Shown piece by piece: positions 37,815 through 49,200 of a stretch of DNA of 64,000 nucleotides; the first letter of the stretch is position 1, and every line of letters starts with the position of its first letter. Both the position numbers and the translations under genes were made by a program. The DNA is from Antedon mediterranea. Lineage: Eukaryota; Animalia; Echinodermata. Location of the stretch: the NCBI RefSeq assembly GCF_964355755.1, contig NC_092675.1:5327812-5391811 (forward strand), read 5' to 3'. The notes beneath the pieces are model-generated. The model was not told where the DNA came from. It did not search any database and worked only from the letters and a program-made list of their open reading frames with translations.

Positions 37815-39673
37815 TAACAACAACATTTTTAGTTTACATTACATCTTAAAATGTTGCCACACTGTGTGTCTATTGATTTTACATTGTGTGACACAATCAA
37901 TAGAACATTATGGTATGTTAGCCATACAGGTAGTTTTACACTGTTATATTTCTATGGATACCAATGTAATATAATCAGTAATAACCTAAGGATATAGACA
38001 CAACATCAATTAATTATTATAGTGATGTACAGTAAAAGGCTTTGTCTTTAACATTAAAGCAAAAATCATCAGTGTACTTTACCCTCTGTGTCATATTATA
38101 TCATGGTGGACCTCCATGATTTCTTTTCACCACCAGTATGAAAAATATTGTACAAAAAGGTTTTATTTATGAGGCAGTAGGAGAGGATTCCAGTGGGAAA
38201 AGATGGACACTTTCTATTTTAAGCCTAATTAATAATATCCCACAATCTGCAATAATAAAGTAATTGAGTGACTAAAATTCACACATTAGAAAACAAGCAA
38301 TCCAATTAAATGGCACTTCCAAATGTCTACAGGGTCAGGGGTTCCTTAAGGGTAAGGTTATATACAACAAATGATGTAATTATCAAGCATTATCAAAATA
38401 TCCAAATAACACATCATCTAATTAAAAACATGAAATACAAATTGGCCATACTGTACAGTAGGCTACAGTGGCAGATCCAGATTTTGTATTATAGTAGGAG
38501 AGAGGGGATAGGAAATAACATTTTACAATGAATTGCTGAATTACTGTATCATCATAATATCATAATGCTGTCATTTTCAACCATTTGAATCTGCATATGA
38601 ACTGTCTGACATGGTCTACTCAATCCAAAGGCTACAGTAGTGACAGTAGACAAACACTAAATTCATCTTTAATTTATATATTTCTGTTTTTGTTGGGTGC
38701 ATCAGTTATTTGTGCTATAAATCCATTAAAAATAATATTACTGTACTGATATTATTTTTTTTCTCATATTATACTAAATTATTGCAATGGCCTCTGTAAC
38801 ATTAATGCAATTTCATAATAAAATTACCGATTAATATGAAAAAAGACCTCATGAGAATTTGTCTGTCCCACAAAATTACTCAGAAAATTAATTTAAATTT
38901 TTAACTTATTAAGTTCATCAAAACACAAGATCAAATTCTATGATACATTTCCTTCAAATTAGTATTTTCAATGTCTAGTAAACAACAGAACAATATTACT
39001 CATCCTACAAAAAATTTATAAACACAAATGAAATAATATTAATATTTCTTATAAAATTATTTTTTTTTAAATAGAGAATATTGTTCATAAAATGGAAAAG
39101 AATTTTTTTTTTTAAAGACAAAATGAATTGACAAAAGCATGAGATGAATGTACTCAAGTTTAGCACATGGGTTGTCGAGAATGGCTTTATGGTGATGGAT
39201 TTTATCATAGATACAGTATTATTATATAATATCTTTTAGAACATGGAGGGAGGTACTGTAAAGGCTTTCATCTTCTGGTAATACAGAAATGGCTGCTGCA
39301 ATCAAAGTTAAATCAAAATCTGATGAAAATATCTATAATCTAAATGTTGTTGAATATCTTTGGTATGACATTAAATAATATAATATCCCTAATACAAATT
39401 ATAGTATCCAGTTAGGTCCATCACTTTCAGCAGGCCGCAAACAAATTGATTGCAACTTAGGCCTATTCCTACAGGTACCAACGGTGTCCACATATCACCC
39501 GCTAGGCTGGCTGTCAACTAATTAATCAATCAAGTAAATAAATACTGGACTGGTGGACCCCTGGCCTGGCTTGTGACGTCTGGTTGGGCCAGCCTGAGGT
39601 GAGTGCCAGTGTATCTGTACTGCCTGAAACTGTTACTATTTAATATAATAAAATGTATTAACTATGTACATAC

Positions 39674-39900
39674 CTATAAATACGAATAACAACTAAGTTT
39701 GCTTCTTGTAGGCCTCAAATTTTGTGGAAACCACTGCCAGCTTCCAACACGCAAGTTCACTTCCGTGTTGACTTTATACCGGTTGGCTTCACACACGTAC
39801 TTAAATCGCAGTTTCCGTAGTAAAATCAATATACAGCAAAGCTACTGGCTTTTGAATATTCATAAGATTACGTCACAGAGAAAGATACATCATTTGCGTT
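39674..39900 (-). promoter_or_regulatory. Probable non-coding first exon and promoter of the RASSF gene
   Basis: Strong minus-strand donor (AG|GTATGT at 39673), locally CpG-richer, ETS-like ACTTCCG and CRE-like TTACGTCA; lies between the FNIP 3' end and the acceptor at 34522. Confidence 0.45.
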
Positions 39901-40088
39901 TGCCCCCTCATTACTTGAAACTTCTCGCCAACCACAATTATTTTAATCCAAAATGCCAATTTTGAACTAAAAACTCTTTTGCTTGGATAAGGTTGCTCCA
40001 GTAATAAAAATTATGTCAAAGTCAGGAAATAATAGAAAAACGCATTTTATCAGCACAAGCCAAATAACGAAACATTTTTTCAGCTTTG

Positions 40089-40206
40089 TAGGGAACTTAC
40101 GGTTTGCGACGAGGTGAGAAGCGAGGACACACATGCCAATATCTGCAGATGCTCACAATGAACTAGCATGACTTAGTTTGGTCGTCGCAAATCGAAAGCG
40201 CCCTAA
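40089..40206. mobile_element. Short MITE (TAGGG...GTTTGCGACGA / TCGTCGCAAATCG...CCCTA)
   Basis: Imperfect about 25-bp inverted termini. Confidence 0.5.
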
Positions 40207-40897
40207 TATCTTGTATCAAACATCTTTCAGTAGCTAGCAGTATCATTCAAAAACAAAAAATTAAGACAATACATTTTTTTTTTCAAAAATCTTTTATATA
40301 TTTAACTTATTCATAATTTTTGACAAGATAAACACATTCTATTTATTTTTATTTTATTTTATTCAGTTGTCATAATAATCCTTTCATACATAAAGTATTA
40401 TCATCAACATTACACTTATTTGACAGGCTATATCTGCCTATTCACTGAGGTTAAGTACTGAGGCAAAATGTACACCCAACATTATTTGGATTATTACCAG
40501 AATAAATAACTGGTAGTATTGTTGTGAATACATTTTTTAAATTTTTTTGGAAACAATTTTATACCATAATATAACATATTGTTACAAGTTCCCCAGAAGC
40601 CATAACAATCAAACAGATTGTAACCCAAATAAATAATTATATTTCAATTTTGGTATTTTCGCTTATATCCTGCCAATAACTTGTTATAAATAGAAGGCAC
40701 AGTGGCATACAAATTATTTTAAACTAGCTAAATTAAATACACCGTTAGAATACACCATAATATAGTTATAATACTTTAGTATTTTTAAGTTATAAATTGT
40801 ATAGAACAAGTACACAGTCGAGATAGCTCACACTGCACATGTGCCAAATTCATACCAGGAATTAGGAATTGTTTAGACATGATTTTACTTTTCCATA

Positions 40898-41401
40898 TTA
40901 GGGAGGTTTCGCAACCTTACGAATACGATAACGAAAACGGATACGTCATACATTTGTGAAACTTTTGAGCTGATCCCCATTTCATATTCGTAAAGCGTAT
41001 TCGTGTTGACGAATATCACCAGTCATATTCGTAACTACAAAACGAGTATAGTTTTTGATCTATTTTGCACATTTTGCATTTGAATCAGGAATTATTCATG
41101 ATTATAATATAATTATAGATTTATTGAAAGTAATTTACTAAAGTAATTTACTAAAATGCCAGGTCAATTTTGATAAATAGCAGTTTTTAAAGTCCTCACT
41201 CGCTTTGATGTTACGCTAGGCCTAGGCAGCCAAGCAACACGTACCTACGCTTCGCTCAAATTTACCGCAGTCATATTTTGGACGCGCCTCAATATTTCGT
41301 TGCCATGCGAAACAGATTTTTACTGGCTTACGAAAACGAATACGTGCGCGTGACGTATCCGTTTTCGTTATCGTATTCGTAAGATTGAGAAACCTCTCTA
41401 T
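40898..41401. mobile_element. MITE with about 50-bp TIRs (AGGGAGGTTTCGCAACCTTACGAATACGATAACGAAAACGGATACGTCA)
   Basis: Right end TGACGTATCCGTTTTCGTTATCGTATTCGTAAGATTGAGAAACCTCTCT is the reverse complement with 3 mismatches. Confidence 0.85.
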
Positions 41402-41863
41402 TAGTATACTAATGAACATGAATGTTTTATACTTGATTATCAATCTACAGACATATTTAGCAATCATCAGAACTAATAAAATACATGTTTTTCTTATGTT
41501 GAACAGAAAATTGATGGAAAAATCAATCTTTGAATCTAAACATTCTTTACCTAAAATAATTATACAAACAAACTGTATTATTTTAAAGGGGTGTAATGAG
41601 TTTATATAGAGTTGTATGACATTAAATTTAGAGTATCATTTTAGTCTAAATACGACAAAAAACTTTTTTATTCTATATTTGGACGTTTTAATTACTATTA
41701 TGCTGTTTATTGAATATTTAAAATATGTGACAAGTGTTCACAAATACTGTACAAATCAACAATTATTGCACAAAATCAAGAAAATAAACCGCCTAGCTAT
41801 TAACTAAAAATCAAACTTAATTCAATGATTTAATTGATGATATCGTTGATTCACACAACTTGT

Positions 41864-42005
41864 TAAGTTCTGTCTACACTATCAAACTAGTTGACAAAAT
41901 ATATGATATGCCCAAATATGGTAGTGATATGACATCATCATGCCCATATATGGGCACCTCACATTTTGTAGTCATATAAAGTTTGATAATGTAAACATAG
42001 CTTTA
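41864..42005. mobile_element. GTCTACACTA-family MITE copy (opposite orientation)
   Basis: Family TIRs and reversed internal units. Confidence 0.75.
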
Positions 42006-43215
42006 GGCCATGGCAAATAGATCACATGTGCATGAAATGCTGCCCCACATCATAAAAGTTCATCATCAGTCATTTTTTTTTTTTTTTTAAATAAATTCCG
42101 AGATCGATGGTGACAATATTTAACAAATACATATCCTTCTGTTTAAATATTTCAGAAAGAATTTTTAAAAATTGCAGTGTATATATGTAGTGTTAAAAGG
42201 GTGCATGCCAATTTTGAGAGGGGCTGACGAGAACCATACAATGTATTTTCCCTGGCCTTAACAGCTAGTGAAAAAGTAAGTAGTACACACAGAAATATTT
42301 TCATAATTTCAAACAGTTGTAAATACATATCTTTTTCATATTTTGTATTGTATTGTTTTTACCAGGTTCAATCAATAATTGAACATAAGACTGTGTAATA
42401 ATAATATTTTAGGATACGTGTGATTAAAACCCTAATAATTCTGTGTAAAAGTTTGATTAGGGTATTTTTGGTTTAATAACTACAGTAATATGTTTGATAT
42501 TTCATCAATCCTAAAGACAGAAATATACCACTATTTTCTGAATACTCTAAAAGAATATAAAGAACGAAAAATGTGAAATTAGTAAATCTTAAAATACACT
42601 TAAATTTCATAAACATAATTCTAATTAATTAATAATTAGTCTTTTAGAAGAACAATGAAATCTTAATTGCCTGCAATTAAGATGCCACTATTAGTTAAAT
42701 CTATCTGTTGCTTTGCAAGTTTAATAAATCGCCACTCGGTCAAATAACATAAATCGCTAGGGTCTAGGTGTCTTATCTACATGACAGACAAAACCAAGAA
42801 GAGAATGCTAGCAAACACTTATTTATAATATTTGTGAGGAAAACAGTTATATAGGATTGCAGCAATTGTTTTATTGAATAATAATGAATATTCAGAAGCA
42901 CATCATTAATATTCATAATCATATTCTGATTATAGACCTGGTTTATTTTTTTGTACTTCATGTTATGCAATACTAACTGCCGTTCAGGTCAACTTGATTG
43001 TCATCTAATGGACAATACTCAGATGTTTAAAAAAATGCTTGGGTAGTTAGCCAGATTTACATCAAGGCAGCCAGATTGACACAAAGGTAGATTACTTCAA
43101 TTATTTGCGATCTTAAACGCCAGATAATTTTGGTAAGTTGATCGGCAGCAGAAACTTGGCATAATATACAGTAAGTTTATTATTTCCTCCATAATTTTCT
43201 TGCTTTCTTTAAAAA

Positions 43216-46200
43216 TTATCCCTGAGATTCTTCGGTAGTTGATGATGGTTGAACCTGTTGCTGCTGGTTCGAGCTCCACGTTCTGCAGTGATGTTCATAG
43301 ACAATGTGGGATGAGTGAACACCAGAGACGGATAGAAGAAGAGGTATATCACTTTGGTCTATTGCAAGTCGGCTTTGTATCTCGTCAATGCCTGCCTTGC
43401 AGTTACTTTTCAGGTAGTCTGTTAACAATGTACTTTTGAAGTAGATTTCTTGCAGACGATCTTCAAGATGCATTAGACACTGAGAATATAAAAATTACAA
43501 AATAAGAAAAGGCAAATATAGAAATATACAAGTGAAAGCACTCAGAAACTGAGTGAAGCACTCAGAAACTTAGTGAAACACTCAGAAACTGAGTGAAGTA
43601 CTTGCCAAGATAAAAAAAAAAATAAATGGTAATATGGTAGTAATAAAAAAGGAACTTTCATTTCAGTGATGAGCAAATGAGACTAAATTGGGTGTAGTTA
43701 ATAATATTATAAAATTGAATAATAATAATTTTATATATTATTCTTGCGTACTTAAATTTGATTGGTGAAATACACTTACAGAATCTGGGGCTAACTTTAA
43801 CTGCCATAACTCCTGGATGGACTTTAGCAGGTTAGAAACTAGCTTAGAGGGCGGTAAAACAGCTGGCGCTCTATTCTCCATATCACTGGATAACAATTCC
43901 ACTGTCCATTTATCGGTATCAGCCACGATACACATACTGCTAGCAATGGGCTCATCCAGCACAGAATTCTATAAAAAAATAACACAGTATGAAATCAATT
44001 ATTAGTCATGTAAAGACTGAGCCGTTTTAAAAATATATTTTCTCCCTTCCTCTGAAAAAATAAGTGCACATTTTGATGTCACATAAAAGTTATTCACTTT
44101 CAACAAATGCTGGGTAAAATAAAAAATCATTTACCTAAAAAAACGTAACCTAAAGAATAAAATAAAACTGAAAGCACTTTGTCTGGAAATTTATGGGTTT
44201 TTGTCAAAATTTAACTGTATTTATTATGTCTTTAATAAGCAAAATCATTACTGCTTCTAAATATCAACAATACTTTAACTTCTATCTGAAACTTATCAGT
44301 ATAAATTTATTTCAGCAGCATAATAGATAAAACTAGAGGGTACTCCGAGAGTACAAACCTCCGCCTACTGTAAAATTCCCCTACATAAAATGCCCCCTGA
44401 ATATTTTTTTTAAACATTTATTTTTATTAGTTCCAAGTGTAAATATGTTAACTGCACACTACAAAGTTGTGGATGACAGTGTGGTGTAATGGTTATGTAT
44501 CCAGCCTCTCACAGTTGAGATTGCTGGTTCAAGTCCCACTGAGGGGTTTTTTTTTTTTATTATTTTTTTATTTTATTTATTTTTTTTTTGTGGACCTTGA
44601 TCTTTGACCCTGACCCTTCAAAATTTAACCACAATTATATGATGTGTCATTGATCATTGTGGCTAAGTTTGATGAGAATCGGATCAAAACTGTGGTCTCT
44701 ATAGGCAGTAAAATAGTTTTTTGTTAGTTGTGACCTTTCCCCCTCAAATTCGAACTCGTCCGAGCTTTTTGGGCATAGATCATTGTGTCCAAATTTGGTT
44801 AGAATCGGATAAAAACTGTGGCCTCCAGGCTGTTCACAGACACACACACAAACACACACACAAATATACAGGGGTGAAAACATAACCTCCTTGGCGGAGG
44901 TAATAATTGAACATAAGTGGTGTGGTGGAAAAACGAATGTATACCTGTGTGCTTAACTTGATTTCACTTCTCAACTTTGATTTATCTAGCTCTGGTAGGC
45001 CTTGAAGTGCAAAGTCTGGGAGGTAGTTTGGAGAGTAACCTCCAAGTAAAGAACGACCAAAATTCTCCAAATGACTACACTGAGGGGTAATTGAATTTCC
45101 AATAGACAATGTCCTGAAAAAAAAACACCAAAAGTAGTGAGCATACCTGTAGTAATAATAGTATGGGTTAAAAAAAGTGACAAAAAAAGAATGAAAATGA
45201 ATGTACTGTAGTTGAAAGATTTGTATGCTTATTACACCATTTTCATCCAGCACAATAACACAAAGGTCCAAAACTTCTCCAAAAACAATTAGTCAAGAGG
45301 TTTCAAACTCACAACATATAAAATAGGATGTGCACATTTAAAAAAAAATTTGTATAGAAAATAAATGTTGGTATTAGCCAAATACCAAATACAAGTTGTT
45401 TCAAAAAGGAATTCCTCTATGGCAACACTGGTATATTTCAAAACATTTGAACTTTATTGACAAATATTAACTTACGGCATAAACGGGAGTTCTTCTGGGT
45501 CCATATTGCTGCTTCCGTTGGATATTGTTGATTTATTCGACAACAAAGAAATATCAGATATTACTGAATTCCCACGCTCAACTAATCTTGGATCGTAACC
45601 GCAATTCTCACTATAACTTCGATGCAAATGAACCTTTGGTGTCGTCAGACTTTCGGTTACTGGTGTCAAATTATCGCCAGTAAATTTATCAAGGGTGGGA
45701 GTAGAGTTCCCAGAAGTAATTTCATTAGTATCTTTATCTACAACAGTATCCTTGTCCACGTTAGCTTGGCTTGCACATGAAAGTGTTTCTTCTACAGGAC
45801 TGTTAATAACATCTGGTTTTAATACCAGTTTTGAATGGTCTACCATAGGAATATCAATTTTATTTACATCTCCACTGTCAACCGCATTAGTAAGATCAGG
45901 ATAAAGTTTAACTGACTTTGACAGGCTATTTGGTGGTGGTACATACCCAGATTTTAATAAATGTTTATTTAGTTTTAACGCCTCAAAATTTAATGTTTTA
46001 GTTCTTACTGGAGCTCGACCAACAGCGACAACATTTTCACATTTCACTTCCAAAGGCATTTCACTGTGTGTGCAAACAACAGATGAGTCTTTCGTTGTAG
46101 TGTTTCTTGTATTTACGCATTGCACGGAAATTTCATTTTCAGTTTTTTCTGGAAAATTAACAACTGGCAAGCATTGAACAATTTCAGTTAGTTTACGATT

Positions 46201-49200
46201 AGAAATTGGTGATGTGTGTTTGGAATCATCACTACTACTAGAGTAATCACCCTCACCTACAGTGTATCTACGATCTTGTTTAAAGTTCTTTAACTTTGCG
46301 TTTGAATTACTCTGTTCCCATTGCACATCAAAATCGTCTGCGTGATCAAAGCAGTCCGAGCTATGTTCTATAGAGGACGCTATACCTGAATCTCGCGTTT
46401 TGGTTTTTACAGAACTTGATCTATATAGATTATTAGAATCGTGGCTGTCAGTCTCAAGATCATTAGATTCTGTATTTGACAGATAACCGGATCCTTCTGC
46501 ATGATCTCCAATTGCACTGGCCGCCAACACTTCATCGCTCATTGTACAACCATCCAGATGACTGTTCCGTGACTCGTAATCCTGATCTGATGGCATCAGG
46601 ACAAACTCTGCAACATCATCAAAGCTGAAGACTCTTTTATATTCCATTGCTATCTCCTCTCTCTTCTCTTGTTTCTCATACACTTCGCTGCAACGGATGA
46701 AATAACTCAGAATAAACAAAAACCGACAGACAGTCTCTGCCTTTTTGCCCACTATCACAGTTTTCGATATGTTTACAGGATAGCCAATCGAACCATACAA
46801 GTCGCTGTATAAAAAAAAAAAATTAGGAATTCATATTAGATGTGACAAATTATACATGCACATTAAATAATAAATAATGGTTTGGATTATAAAGTATTGT
46901 CTTTTTCTTTAAACATTAAAATTAAGCATAATCTCCATAATAAACAGCAAACCATTCTTCTTCTTATGAAGTTAATAAAATCAGTTTTTATGCACACAGG
47001 TAATAAAGTATATTTCATATAATAGATAGCTTACCCAAGCTGTGCCCAGAGTGGGTTGTATGGATGGGACTTGGCAAGGGTGTCAAGAAAAGTAGACGAG
47101 TGCTTGTCAAGGTAGGCCCTGTTTGGTGTTACTCCAGCTGGCATCACTGTTGGTACCCAGGCAAGATGGTGGGTTAGCACACCAGTTAATAGACAACTAA
47201 CAAAACTGAAAAAGAAGAAGTTTTAATATATTTAAAGTCTTTTACAAGTGTGCATCAATACCAAAATATGCTACACGTTTGTGCCGGGAATACAACCAAT
47301 TTATACCAACTACCAAGTAAAGTAGGCCTAAAATCTGCACCAAAGACATTTGATACACTTGATCAGAAAAAGTACGATGAGTAGACTGGGATCTACCAAG
47401 AGTGGCTGTTAATGAATTATGCCTTGCACTGCAGAGGATATTCCTTACAATATTCCTTGAGCGGCCTAGCAGATATGATGGCATGACAAATTCACTTACA
47501 AGTTTGTGTTAAGTGTATTATGCTGATCCAATTCTGACATCAATTCCTTGAGGAAATGTTGGCAGAGATGACTTCTTTGACTGGGATAGCTCATCAGATC
47601 CAACCAGATTGGTTTTTGAATACGTGGAGCTAGGTATAAATTACAAATAGAATTCCGGAACTCCTCCAGGCCCTGGATGAAGAAATATATAAATTTTCAT
47701 GTAACTTTTAAAACAGTCTAAATTTTCATTAAATGCCTTATGCTATTGATTCTCACTCGTAAATTTTAGTGGTATTATACATGATTAAATCATTCCATTT
47801 CCATTTGAGAATGAATATTACTTACTTCAAATAAAGGTGTTATGTAAGTTCTTCTTTGGAGTGTTAATGCCTTTTCAACGACCAGCGTTAACTTTTGAAA
47901 GTGTGATTCAAAAAGTGAGAAATGCGAGAAGAAAAATCGCTCAAACTTGTCAGCTTGTTCTTCACTGCCATCCTTGCCTTGACCAATAACAATCGCTAAC
48001 CCAATCTTTGGATTTCTTCTCCTGGATACAGGCTAAGTATAATAGAAAACAAAATAACATTAACAGCACAATACACATGTATGATAATTTAACATGACAT
48101 TAATTGAGAACTACTTTGTGTATATACAGTATATATTTTAACAAAAGAACTTTTTATATTACATACTACTTTAAAAAAAAACATTAGCAGATCTGGTGTA
48201 CAGTAACAATCTGAATACTTACAGCATTTAACAAACATAATAATAGAATAGAAAAATAATCATTGGCTATATAAATATTTGTTTTAAATTTCAAAATTCA
48301 TGTGTAAACTATCTTTAATAATTAATCATTTCAAGTTGTTATTTTTCGATAATCCATAAAGCTCAAGAATTAAATCTATTTGATTTTCAAAAGTTTCAAC
48401 CACGGCAAACTTACAAGGACACGGTAGAACAAGGATCTGATTAATCCTAGCAGCGCCATCACAAACAGGAAAAACAAGGAGTGTATCAAAATGACAGAGG
48501 AAATAATGTTCATATCTCCTGTCACAATCACCTAACCTATTTAAGTTAATATTTTAAAATTGTGTGGGATTTTAGTCCTATATTTTCAGAAATGTGTTCA
48601 GTATGTTTTGAGTTTATTCCACAATGAAACCAATTTAGGTTAGAATATAGTTATAGGATATTCTAGTAATCAAAATAATATAGTCAAGATAATAGAGTCA
48701 ATTGCAATATAATTGGGTCATTATTAAAGATCAGAGTTTATCAATATAATGCTAAGCTCTGTCTACACTATCAAACTATATGTGACAAAAAGATGAGATT
48801 TGCTAATATATGGACATGATGATGTCATATCACTACCATATTTGGGCATATCACAACCATATCTGGGCACATCACACTTTTTTTCCAAACTAGTTTAATA
48901 GTGTAGACCGAGATCTAAACTTTGTATGAAATAGAATACATGCCTCATCCTGGGTGGTATGTCCACTATCCATAGATGATCGTCTCCGACCCAGATCGAT
49001 GTCCATTCTCATTGTCTGACTGCGCAATACTCTTCTAGAGAAGCTAGATGAGGTACTGGACACACTGCTACACGGTGATGGAAAGGGTGTAAAAAAGCTA
49101 CTTGATGATCCTAGTATTAAAAAATAATAGTATAGAAAGTGAGTGCGATTTGCATCAATCTATAATTTATTATATTTTTATCAAACTTTACAGTCCAGAT

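Noticed and set aside
45695-45904. Plus-strand ORFs overlapping exons (also 43239-43439, 43817-44005, 17770-18118, 18630-18830)
   Set aside because: Antisense shadows of real minus-strand coding exons.
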